Shown piece after piece: positions 39,687 through 51,812 of a stretch of DNA of 64,000 bases. The DNA is from Ministeria vibrans ATCC 50519. Taxonomy: Eukaryota; Protista; Filasterea. A model generated the notes under the pieces. The model searched no databases and was not told the DNA's origin. It saw only the letters and a program-made list of their open reading frames with translations. Numbering within the stretch: the first letter of the stretch is position 1; every line of letters starts with the position of its first letter. The translations under genes and the position numbers were made by a program. Where the stretch lies: assembly GCA_943704425.1 (NCBI GenBank), contig CALSCP010001674.1:124096-188095 (forward strand). Direction: 5' to 3'.

Positions 39687-41172
39687 ATGAGTTCAGACGA
39701 GATCGAAGACGACTGCCCCGTGTTGATTGAAGTCCCTGACGATGGTGTCGAGGGTGCTGATGCATCGCGAATCCCGGTGACTATCATTACGGGCTTTCTT
39801 GGAGCGGGAAAGACAACCTTCCTCAACTACGGTCAGTTTTGCTCCCCTCGGCTCGCTCACACTCATTTGGTGCGTTTCTATAGTCTTGACTGAGCAGCAT
39901 AACAAGCGCATTGCTGTGATTGTCAACGAATTCGGCGAAGGAAGTGCGGTTGAGCGATCGCTTGCAGGTACGAACCCACTGTGTTTGTGTTGCGTCGCGT
40001 CCCACGCACGCATGCTCACGCTGCTGACCTTGTCACAGTGGGCCAAGAGGGTGAACTGTACGAAGAATGGCTTGAGCTGCGCAATGGGTGTCTCTGTTGC
40101 AATGTCAAGGTGAGAGAGGAGAGACAATCCGGTGCAACGATTCTCAGAGCGGAGCACACTTTGATTTAGGATGTTGGCATTGCCGCCATTGAGAACCTCA
40201 TGCAGCGACGCGGAAAGTTTGACTATATCATGCTGGAGACGACGGGGCTCGCGGACCCGGTTCCAATTGCACGAATGTTCTGGTGAGCAGGGAAGAGCGA
40301 GTCGGGAGGAACACTCTGACACTTTGCACAGGCTGGACAAGGAGCTGGGCAGCGCACTCTATCTGGATGGTATTGTGACTCTTGTCGATGCCAAGTTTAC
40401 GCTACAGCATCTCGAGAGAAGAGACAGCGAAGTGAACGAGTGCGAGCGACAAATTGCGCTTGCGGACCGAATCATTGTGAACAAGGCACGAGCACACACA
40501 ATCCCACACACAGTCCCACACACACCCAAAACGAAAGCGCTTAACTACTATGCTACTCTAGACTGATCTTGTGAGTGAAAGTGAACTGGCGACGCTACGG
40601 GCGCACATCCGCACCATCAACGGATCGGCATCGACGCTGGAGACAACGCAATCGCGCGTGCCCATTGAGTTTGCGCTCGACATTCATGCGTTTGAGCGGG
40701 CCCATTTGGAGGCAGTAGAGCCGGGAGTGTTTGACGAAGGGCATGTGGTGCGCTCGCATGTTGACCGGTCTGTGACCACAGTGACCTTTGAGGTGGGCGA
40801 TGGGCCGTTGGATTTGGACCAAGTCGATTTGTGGTTGCAACAGGTGAGACGACACGCACCACACACATATACACAGATTGCTCACTCTTTGCTACGATTC
40901 AGTTGCTGTGGGAGGGAATGGAAGGTAGCAGTGAAGGCAGCCAGATGGAAGTGCTGCGTCTGAAAGGGGTGGTGGATGCGAAAGGGTGCGAACGGCGGGT
41001 GATCCTTCAGGCAGTGCATCAGCTGTTTGACAAGGTGGAAACGACTTTGTGGTCCGACGACGATGAGGAGGACGGTGGTCTGCGACGCACTCGCGTGGTG
41101 GTCATTGGCCGCCATTTAGATCGAGCGCGATTAGTAGAGTCCTTCCATTCCTTTTGCTGTCAAAAAAAGTGA
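39687..41172 (+). CDS. ZNG1: Zn-regulated GTPase metallochaperone ZNG1/CBWD (COG0523)
   Basis: N-terminal DCPVLI motif, [32 protein letters not shown]|TDL, and CobW_C motifs LRLKG and QAVH. Confidence 0.93.
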
Positions 41173-41226
41173 ACGATTTTCCAATAAAAAAAAACAAAAG
41201 AGAGAGAGAGAGAGAGACGATTGTAC

Positions 41227-41978
41227 TCAACGGATGGTTGGCATAACAACGGAAGCGCCCAGGCCAGCGACGGCGTCTTCATGGCGCCACATGCTGGTGA
41301 TGGTCTTGGTCTCGGTGTAGAAGTTGACACCTTGCTTGCCGTAGAAGTGGCAGTCACCCAGGAAGGAACCGCGCGAGCCCGTAAATGAGAACATGGGCAG
41401 AGGCACAGGAATCGGCACATTAATGCCTAATTAAAAAGAGGATAGAGAGAGAGAGAGAGAAAGAGAAAGGAGGGAAAAAAGCAAAGTGATAGAGAGAGAG
41501 AAATTTTGTTTGAGTTGACGTGGAGGAGAATTGAAAAATGAGAGAAACGTACCAATCTGACCGCAATCAACTTCGTTCTGGAATTTACGGGCAATGGGTC
41601 CACTTTGCGTGAAAATGGCAGTGCCGTTTCCGTATGGGTTTGCGTTGATCATCTGGATAGCATCGTCGAGAGTCTCAGCCTCCAGAACACACATCACAGG
41701 GCCAAAGATCTGCCATTATAGTAAAGGAGGAGTTTAGTGACAATAACTGACAGACAGTAAAGGAATGACACTCAATGAGTGACCGTGAATGAGGAGCGGT
41801 GAATGAGCGTGAAAAATGCGTGCGCGCATTGCGAACTGTATACCTCATCCTTGTACGGGGTCTGGTCGGGAGTGCAGCGCACAATAGTCGCACCAATGAA
41901 GTTGCCCTTCTCGTAGCCAGGCACAACATGCTTGCGTCCGTCAAGAATGATCTCAGCGCCTTGAAGTGACAATGCAAT

Positions 41979-42070
<92 letters not shown>

Positions 42071-43317
42071 ACAACCAATAACAAAAATAAAAACAAAAAC
42101 ATAAGTATAGCAGTGTACCTTCCTTTTCGCCCTTGGCAAGAATGTCATGGACTCTCTGGAGAGCCTTGGGCGAGATCATAGGGCAAATGTCCGTCTTGGG
42201 GTCTGAGCCAGGGCCGACCACGAGCGCCTGAGCACGCGAGACAATCTCGGGGAGGAGCGAGCGAGCCTCACCGACAAGAACGCACGTCGAGAGGGCCATG
42301 CATCGCTGTCCTGCGGCGCCAAAGGCCGAGCCTACCAGAGCGTTAAGCGTGGCTTCGCGGTTGGCATCGGGGCACACAACACCGTGGTTCTTGGCACCCA
42401 TGTTGGATTGGACCTGCGCAGTCAGTCAGTCAGTCAGTCAGTCGTGTGAGTCGGTGAGATTGAAAGGAAAGTTTAGTCAGTGTCTGCTTACGCGCTTGCC
42501 GTTGGCCGAGCCACGCGTGTAAATGTGAGTTCCAGCCTGGTCACTACCAACAAAGGAGATGGCCTTGATGCGGGGCTCGTCACAGATAAAGTTGACCGAA
42601 TCGACGGCGCCGTGGATGACGTTGAGGACGCCCTTGGGCACGCCCGCCTGCATGGCCAGCTCTGTCAGCATCATCGAGGCACCGGGATCGCGCTCCGACG
42701 GCTTCATCACGTAGGTGTTACCGCACGCCAGTGCCATCGGGAACATCTAGAGAATAGCATCGTTAGTCGAGTCAAAGAGAGAGAGAAAAGGTGTTTACCC
42801 AGAGAGGAATCATGGCAGGAAAGTTAAACCTACGCACACACACACACAATGCGGATAAGTAGTGTGGTCAATAGAGCAAGTATACTTGGTTATGTCGTTG
42901 AGACGAACTTACGGAGTGATGCCGGCACAGACACCGATAGGCACTTTGTACGAGTAGGTGTCGAGGTCGCGCGACAGGTTGCCAAGCGTCTCGCCTTGCA
43001 GCAGCGACGGAATGGAACAGGCGTGCTCGACGACCTGCAGACCACGCAGCACATCGCCCTTGGCGTCCGCCAGCGTCTTGCCCTGCTCCAGCGTGATGTT
43101 TTCGGCGATGCGCGTCATATTCTGCTTGATCAAGTGCTGCAGCTCCAGCATGATCGCCTGGCGCGTCATCACCGACGTCTGGCTCCACGCGGGGAACGCC
43201 GACTGCGCGGAGGCCACTGCCGCGTCCATCTCGGCTGCCGTCGCCTCGGGCACCCGCGAAACAACCTCGTTGGTGGCCTTTTTCAAACACAGTCAGGTCA
43301 AAAACACGAAAGAAGTA

Positions 43318-43353
<36 letters not shown>

Positions 43354-43727
43354 TTGAAACAAACAAAAAAAAAAGTTGATTTCATGATCCAACTGCGTAC
43401 CGGGTTGTGGACATCCAACCACTTGGTGGTCTTGCTCTCGACGAATTCGCCGTCGATGAAAAGCTTGGCAGTCTGCAAGAGAGGACAGTTTGTGTGAGAC
43501 GGGTCAGGATGACTTCGCTTCCGCTCCCATGTGCCGCCGAGGACGCCGCATCCATGGACATTCACTTACAGACACACTGCCGGCACGGACAGTCGTGTGG
43601 AGTGCCGCAGAGAGCGACGCAGGGCTTGCCTACGACGGTCGAGAAGGATCAGCACCAAAACGTCTTCCTCTGTACTATGTGAGCTTACCTTCACTGCGCG
43701 AGCAGCGCGAGTAGGTAGCGAGAACAT
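41227..43727 (-). CDS. ALDH6A1: Methylmalonate-semialdehyde dehydrogenase (acylating), mitochondrial, multi-exon
   Basis: [70 protein letters not shown]. Confidence 0.95.
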
Positions 43728-43916
43728 TCTCGAGGGATGAAAGGTGATAAAAAAGAGAGGACGACCGACGAGTGGACGACTGAGAGTGACTGAACTGATA
43801 AACTGATGAACTGATGAACTCACCTGTCTCACTCTACAGTCCTCTTCATCTTTCTTTCTCTCCTCTCGACACCCTTTCGATTTGCTCCTTCTTCTTAATC
43901 GATCGGGTTCTACACC

Positions 43917-44990
43917 ATGCGCTGCATTGCGATCCTTGCGACAATGTGTACGCTGGCGTTTCTGGTCCTTGCCGATGATGATGCGAACAGTAATGTTGGC
44001 GAGCTGTCCAGCACAGCCGAATTCATCAGCGATTTGCCTGCACACCAGCGACCAGCGCCTCCAAAGAAGCCCTTGACGGCTGGACAACGCGAGTATATTC
44101 GAGTGGTAACCAAGCAACGACTTTTTATCGCACCATCTTTTCTCGACTGCCACACACAACTCACACAACGACTGTGTGCTCCTTATGCGCTTAGGCCAAG
44201 TCCATCAAGCCCGTCCTGTACCCGATTCCCGTCGCGCCGTCCGTCGAGAGGGCGCGTGAGGCGCTGAAGGCGGGCCGAGTGCAGGCGCAGCTGGGCAAGT
44301 ACTTTGGCGAGTGGGTGCGCAAGCCCAAGGTGCTCTCGGCGATCCGCAATGCCATGCTGCAGGGCCGCGTTGTCATTATTGAGGACGCAATGAACCTTGA
44401 GTTTCTCAATCGAACGTGGGACGAGCTGCGCGAAGTCGAAGATCACGAATACACCTTTGACAGTGGCGGCATCGCAGGCTACCAGTACGCCATCCACCAG
44501 CACTACATTCCCGGCGCAAGCACTCGCGAAGAAGGCCTCAAGTTCTGGTAATGACTACTAACGAATGTAATACCATCTACAACAACGCACATTGGGGTGT
44601 AGGACTCGAGCAATGCGCACAATGGTCAAGCTGTACGACAGCGAACCCATGAAACATCTCGTTTCATACCTCTCACACAGCGACGCATACGGTCCAATCT
44701 CAGCCGTAACGAACTCTCTTTGTTTCCATATTACACAAACACAAACCAAAACCAACCGATTTGCATTAGGGATTTTCACATATGCGCAAAGGAGATTACA
44801 TCGGTCCACACAACGACCACTCACAGGATGGCGACTACTCTCGACGGTACCCACAGACAACACATGGCTTCCATAACACCTACTCAAATAATTATGATAA
44901 TAATAACAATGATAATAATGCTAATAATAGCAATAATAAGAAAATAAAAAAAAACAATAGAGAAAATAATAATATTATATAATAATAATA

Positions 44991-45061
<71 letters not shown>

Positions 45062-45649
45062 ATTTACCATAATTTTATACGTGCACACTCATTTAATTCA
45101 TACTGACACACATAAACATCAACATACACTCACACTCACACACGCACACATCACTTGTAGAGTGACATGGGTGCTTCAGATGTCCAAGGAGTGGGATCCC
45201 AAGTGGGGCGGTGATTTTGTGTGGTGCCATCCCATGTACTTTCAATCCAGTGGCTTTAATCGCCTTGTGCTTTTCTCCGTGTCACAGAACTCGTGTCATT
45301 GGGTCTCTCCTGTTCATCCCAGTGTACTAATTATTATACTATAGAGTGTTTGTATGAATGCTCACTGACACACACACACACAATATATCTATAGGCACCG
45401 GATGATCGCTACCGACATGCCTTCAGCGGCTGGTGGACGAGCTCGGACGAAGACACGGTCAACGGTATCGCGGACATGCCCAATCCACAACAGATGCACC
45501 AGTTCCGGCCGGGCATGCGCGTCGACGGGGAAACCTGCCTTGCCGAGCACTCCGCCGATCCCACACACTGCCTTAGTCATGTCACGTCTGCCGGCCACAG
45601 TCGTGGTACCCCTTTGAGTTATCTTCAGGGCGATGAGCTCAAGCTATGA
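43917..45649 (+). CDS. Secreted/ER 2OG-Fe(II) oxygenase (prolyl-hydroxylase-like), six exons
   Basis: Signal peptide; GDYIGPHND (HxD), WDPKWGG, FNRLVLF, HWVSPV, RHAFSGWW; ends QGDELKL*. Confidence 0.85.
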
Positions 45650-46394
45650 TTATCAATAATACAAAGAAAAAAGAGGGGCTTTTTTCGGGCTTTTTCCTTA
45701 ATCAAGGCAGCCTGGAAGGTGGCGAGTTCGTCATCACTGCCAATGTCGGCGACACAAGTGGTGGCCGATCGGCTTTAAGATGAATATTCTCACAATTCAG
45801 TATTTACACTAATTGAAGACTGATGGATAAAAAAAAAACAAAGCGCAAAAAGTAAACAACAAGCGATTTCTCACACGTCCACTGCAGCTGCTGGCCTGCA
45901 GCCTGATTGGCCATTGACCACTGCCTACACCTTTCCTTACGCATGCCAGCAGGGTGAACTGGGACGCGGTTAGTCTCTCGCGGATTCTACTGACGTCCTT
46001 CGTTTGTTTGTTTTGCGTCTGTCAACAAAGGAGCAGTATCCTATCAATTAGCCTTCGAGACACTATACAGTCACTAGAGTGTAGCAATGATTGGCTCTCT
46101 TGACTGCCTTCAAAATAAAAACCAAAATGGGGGCCAGAGAGTAATGAGTATGAAAGTATTCTGCCTGTGTGAGTGTCGTGTGGTTCCATTCGATGCAGCG
46201 CTTAATAAGCGATTTCCTTAAAAATTAAGTTTGTTTACTCCTTTTCTTTCGTTTCCGTGTACTCCCCGAGACACACAGCAGACGGCCAGACAGACTCACT
46301 TAGTCGTAGGCACTTCGCACGGCGGTTCCGGAGCGTTGGTTTTGTTGGGAGTTTCGCTGAATTGCACACGCGTGTCGAATATCCGTGTCGCGCC

Positions 46395-48241
46395 ATGCCA
46401 CTGCAACCCGGAGACTATTGGCGCGGATCCCTCTGTGGCAAATGCAACCGGCCCTCGCGCGAGTGCCGCTACGCCGAGCATGCCCCTGCGGCCATCCCTG
46501 ACGCCACCGTCGTGTGCTGGACGGTGGGTGTTGAGAAAGGACGAAATAAATGGATTCTGCTGCCCTCTCGTCTGATACGCGACCAGCCCGTTCGTCTCGT
46601 CGGGCATTACAGTCTCTGTCATGATCTGCCACACTGCGACCGCGGCAACGACTGTTGGTTCGCGCATTCCGAAGTGGAGGAACGTTTTTTCAATGCGAAA
46701 TTTCGCACGACAAAACCGAGCGGTAAGCAAAAACCCCTCGGCATCTCCGACAAGCCCCCCCATGCTGATTCCTGTCTGTTCTTGTCGGCACAGGATCGGC
46801 CTTGAGCCGCTTTGATGGCGTAATCGTCACGCCATCGGGTTCGGTCGATTCCGGATTTGGAAGTTTCGGCGAAGCAAGCGAGAACACCACCAGCGCCTCC
46901 CCTGCCCACTCCGCCGCCGCCCTATACGACCCACGGCGTTCCGTTTACTACGAAGCATTGGCCCAGCAGCGCCACTCGGCTCCAGCCCAGTCCAATGTGC
47001 CACAATCGAGCCCAAGATTAAGATTCGCCGTGTCGAATATCAACTCACGCTCGTCACCGGCTTTCAGCGGCCACATTCCTCCCGATTTGTTAGACGAAGC
47101 AGCTGCAGCAACAGCAACAGCGCTTTCGCATAGCCAGGGCGCACGGCGGGCAAACTGCAACAGCTCTCCGTCACTCCTTCTGCCGCACCAACTGCAGCTG
47201 CAGCACGCGCACGCCCGCGGCTCCGCCACTCCTCGACAGCATTCTGGACAATTCCACTCGCACCAGCATCATCAACAGCAGCAGCAGCAGCAGCAGCAAC
47301 AACAACAGCAACAACAACAACAACAACCGTTCGCGTCATCGTCCCAGGAGCCGCACTCCATCAAGAACCGCGTCGCTTTCGCGATCGCTGCGTCTCCGTC
47401 GCGCTCCCTCACCCTACTCGAACTCGAAGCACTTCTCCCCTCAGGCACCTCGGCCGAACTCTTTATTGTACAGCACACCGCCACGTTTGGGCTGGACACA
47501 CATGGCAAGGTGTTTCTTCGCAGACACTCTGACCCATCTCCATCACACTCTTCTCTTCCGCCTGCCTCCTCCTCCTCTTCCCCGACTACACGCCACTCCA
47601 TGCGCGCGTCCACGTCTTCAGCATCGGCACTTACCTCCGTCTCGGCCGCACTTCTTGCCACCGCTGTTCCCTCAGTGTCCCCCCCACCGCCCTCTGACCC
47701 TGCGAGCACCGCAGTCAGAGGCAACTCGGTGATTATCGTCGACTCCTTTCCACTCATGGAGCGCCTCTACAACGAGCTGTTTAACGTGCGTCGCATTGCC
47801 CTGGATCACATCGAGACACACAACCTGGTCCTCGTATCCTGGCCCAACCGCTGCTACGCGATCGACATGCACGCTCTGCCTGAGGCTCACAATCGCCTGC
47901 AGCACTGCGTCGTTGTGGGCCGTCGCGTCGTTGTTCCCACCTTCCATGTCGCCTTTAACCTGTCCATTCTACGCGCCTACGCGCTCACCCACGCCGCCAA
48001 GCTTCTCAACGAACACCATTTCACACTCATTCCGTCGGGGCAGGCCCCATCTCTCACGGACCGCGTGCCCTCGTCCGACTCCCGCTGGCTCACGCGCCCT
48101 TTTCCCTCCGATCTCTCCCTTCAGATTTGCACCCACATGTCTTCCCTTCTCGACCTCCACGATCGTGCCCGTGAGTTCTTTGACGACCTTGTCTGTCGTC
48201 AGCAACTCATGGACCCCGACGAGGCCCCCACCGTCTGGTGA
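46395..48241 (+). CDS. CCCH zinc finger + polyQ + winged-helix + degenerate 3'-5' exonuclease protein (Egalitarian/EXD1-like), two exons
   Basis: Intron 46723-46793 joins ORFs in frame; CHDLPHCDRGNDCWFAHS zinc finger; exonuclease-like segments VIIVDS...RIALDHIE, CYAIDM, WLTRPF. Confidence 0.62.
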
Positions 48242-48373
48242 TAGCAGTTATATTTCTCCGCAGGAGCTCTGCAAAAAGACTCTCTTAGATATCTCTCTAA
48301 TACCTAATGATTATTCTTAAACATGCCATCTCTTGATTCATGTGACCAACTGAGCCGTGATGTGTGTTCTAGA

Positions 48374-48411
<38 letters not shown>

Positions 48412-48753
48412 GAATAAGAATAATAAGACGTATTAATAAATAATTAATATTAATATTAATTAATTTTTAATAATAATTAATTAGAAGAAGAAGAGTACAA
48501 CCCATTTATTAATGATACAGTCACCACGCGAAGACACAGCCAGACCGTCTTGCAAACTCAACCGATACTCTAGAGGTAACATGGGAGAACAGTGGCAGGC
48601 CAGAGTGCTAAAAAAGAAAAAAAAAAGTCGAAAAATATAAAAATATAGTCAATTTCAAAAGTCAAAACAATAAAATATAGAATACAGATCCACAAACACT
48701 CGAATGACTCGATTAATAGGAATACCCAAGAAATGAAGTAAATTTGAAGTTTC

Positions 48754-48801
<48 letters not shown>

Positions 48802-48886
48802 GACGATTAATAAATGTTTTAGTTGAGCGCCAAGTTTGAAACGAGAATGATTATTATTTTTTTATTATTTTTATTGAACAATCGCA

Positions 48887-49873
48887 ATGGAGAAGGAAGT
48901 CGCGAAAACGATGAAGCGCATTCGCAAGAGTGTCGGCGTTGCGGAGCCAACGGGGAGCGGGGGCGCAGGCGTTGCGGGCACGGCGCCCAAGGATAAGGTT
49001 GTGGCGTCGTTGCTTCACGAGTGTGAGACGCTCGTCCGGCAGCACATTCGCTCGCGCGAGGACGCCACGCGCGCCTCGTCGCTCGCCAGCGACCTCAAGG
49101 ACCAAATGGACAGAGAAATGAAGCAGGCCAACGAGTCGAGTCGTGAGCTGCGTGCCGCTCAAGCGCAGGTGGCCGTTTTGGAGCGGCGCGACGAACATCA
49201 GCGCAATCTCATTGATGCTCTTGAAAAGTGTCGCGAACAGAGCGACGCACTCATGTCGGTGCGCGAGGAGGAGATGTTGAGGTTGAAGGAGATCAGTGGC
49301 AAACAGCTGGAGACGTTTCAGGAGCAGCTGGACTCGGTCATTGGCGAAAAGGACGCGCGCATTGAAAAGATGCGCTCGCTCATCGAGCAACAGTCGTCGC
49401 TGTACGGCGAAACCATGACTGGCAAAGAGGCCGAAGTGTCGGCGACGCGTGATGCACTGGAGATGTTTCAGAAACGCTGTGAAGACTCGGAAAAGCTTCT
49501 GGTGCTGCAGCAACAACACATTACAATGCGCGACTCGCAACTCGAGGAATGTCGCCAAGTCATTGAAAAGTGCCAAGAGACTCTGGGGAAACAGGCTGAG
49601 GCGCTCACGCTGGTCCGCGAACGCGCCAATCGCGACGCAGCCGCACGCGAAACAGCCGAAACACGTGCCACCATGATGAGCGCACAGCTCAAGGTGATGC
49701 AGCCCGAGCTGGAGCGCGCCTCGGGACTCTCGTCGCTCTGTAAGAAGCTTCAGGAGCAACTTGTGGTGACACGACGTGAGCTCAAGGCTCTCAAAGAGGC
49801 AGGGGCCTCGGCGGAGCCACAGTCGCAAAGCGAAATAGACAACGAGGAGAGCACACAAACCAAGACCGAGTGA
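48887..49873 (+). CDS. Coiled-coil protein, possibly a divergent taxilin
   Basis: 328-aa intronless heptad-rich ORF; LSSLCKKLQ resembles the taxilin LExLCRxLQ motif. Confidence 0.6.
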   Translation: MEKEVAKTMKRIRKSVGVAEPTGSGGAGVAGTAPKDKVVASLLHECETLVRQHIRSREDATRASSLASDLKDQMDREMKQANESSRELRAAQAQVAVLERRDEHQRNLIDALEKCREQSDALMSVREEEMLRLKEISGKQLETFQEQLDSVIGEKDARIEKMRSLIEQQSSLYGETMTGKEAEVSATRDALEMFQKRCEDSEKLLVLQQQHITMRDSQLEECRQVIEKCQETLGKQAEALTLVRERANRDAAARETAETRATMMSAQLKVMQPELERASGLSSLCKKLQEQLVVTRRELKALKEAGASAEPQSQSEIDNEESTQTKTE

Positions 49874-49917
49874 AACATTGCCTGTTGTAGTTTAATTTTT
49901 TATTTGTCTCACAGTTC

Positions 49918-51683
49918 TCAAGTGCACAACGAGAGACAAGCACCATCCATCTTGGTGGTGATGTGTGCCGAGTCCGCATCGACCACAAATTGCTGGTTGT
50001 CACCGCCATTGCACGCGTATGTCTCAACCGACGCGCCATTAGTTGTCACATGGGACCTTTGTATGAGTGAGTGAGTGTGTGAGTGAGTGGGACATATGAG
50101 GGTGCGTGTGTTTGTGTGTCTTTGTGGTGTGTGTCAGTGACACTGCTTGTTGCTGTCCTTACGTGATGTCGAGGCAACGGCCGGTTGTGCCGAGGGTGAA
50201 GGCGAGCTTGGAGGCGTCATAGACAAAGTGCTGGTTATCATTGGAGGGATCGCACTTGGCGAGGGAGACGGCGGGAGAACCCGATTGGGGGTCCTTGGCC
50301 GGGCCCGACTGGAGACAGAGAGTAGGGTCGGTGGTGAGGGCAATGGCCGAGGGGTAGACTGTCCAGCGCTGGGTGCGGTTGAGGGCGGGCGAGCACGACC
50401 ACATGGCCGCGAGGTTGGCGGGGGCCGGTGGGGCGGCGGTGGGCGAGCACGGCTGGCCGGTGTAGTAAAGGGGCCCGTCGCGGAAGGAGATCGAGTAGGA
50501 CGATGTGTTAGCATGATCGAGCTCGAAGAGAAGAATCTCATTCGCGCCCGGGCGCAAGAGGGGCGCGGGGACGTAAAAGGCGTGCTGAGGGCCCTTGGAC
50601 TCCCAGTAGCGGCCGAGCAGAGCGCCATTGACCCACATGTAGCCCTTGTTCCAGCCAGCGGGAACAAGATAGGTGTCTGCACGGGCGGCGTCAGTGGACA
50701 GCTCGAGGGTTGCCTGGTAGAAGGCAGGAACGGTCGAGGCGGTAGACGGACTCAGGGGCGCAAAGGGCAGCTGGCTGATCTGAGAGCGGTCGAGAGGGAT
50801 GCGCAGGGCGGTCCAATCGCCAATCAGAGCTGTTCCGTTGGCCGTCACCGACTCGGTGATGCCCTTTGGATCAAACATTTGACGACCATAGTTGAGATGG
50901 CCCATTCCCTCCACCAGCAAATGTATCTGCAGCGTTGTGCCGCTCTGGGGCACACCAAAGGTCAGCGAATTACCAGTGGGGCGAAAGAGGGTGCCCTCAA
51001 GAACGCCGTTAATATAGACACGAGCGTAGTCGTGAAGCTCATTAAGCGCGAGCGTGAGGGTGCCGGCGGGGCAGTCTTCAAGCGTGTGCTTGTACAGCAT
51101 GAGCCCGTGCGGCTGGTCAAACATCTCCATGGGCTGGGGGCTGGGCAGGCCGGTGATGGGCGGCGGAAAGGCAACGGGCAGGGCGTCGTCAAGGGTCACG
51201 TACGAGTGGAAGGTGACGGACGGATGTGCAACGGCAATGGGCGAAGGGTCTTCGGCGGGAAAGGCCGGCGATGGAAACCACTTTGCGAGGGTGTTGCGCA
51301 CCGCCTCGTACTTGTCCTTGCCATCCGATCCATACCCGTGCGTGCCACCCTCGGCCAGCGGTGAATCGTAGTCGTAGCTGGTGATATCAGGCTGGAAGGA
51401 GGCCCCCCCGCCATTGGCACCCGCATAGAATTCAAAGTTGGTGCCGCCCAGTCCCATGTACAGCGCAAAGGACCCGTTGTGCTGCAGAACCGAGTCAATG
51501 CCATTGGCCAGACCTCCCGAGCTTGTGTTGGCCATCTGCTCGCCCCAATGCGTAAGCCAGCCTGAGTAGAACTCGCTCACTTGGAAGAAGAAAAGAACCA
51601 AGACAACGGTTAGACGTATGCAAACATAATAACATAATAAAATAAAATTATAATAATAATTATTATTATTATTATTAGTATTA

Positions 51684-51717
<34 letters not shown>

Positions 51718-51755
51718 TAATAATAATAATAATAATGATAATAATAATAATAATG

Positions 51756-51812
<57 letters not shown>

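Noticed and set aside
41966-42110. PolyQ, polyV and polyL ORFs
   Set aside because: (AAC)n microsatellite within an ALDH6A1 intron.
50147-51364. Long antisense ORFs (405 aa here; similar ones opposite MCCC1, HERC and the coiled-coil gene)
   Set aside because: Shadow ORFs from GC-rich codon usage of the real genes on the opposite strand.
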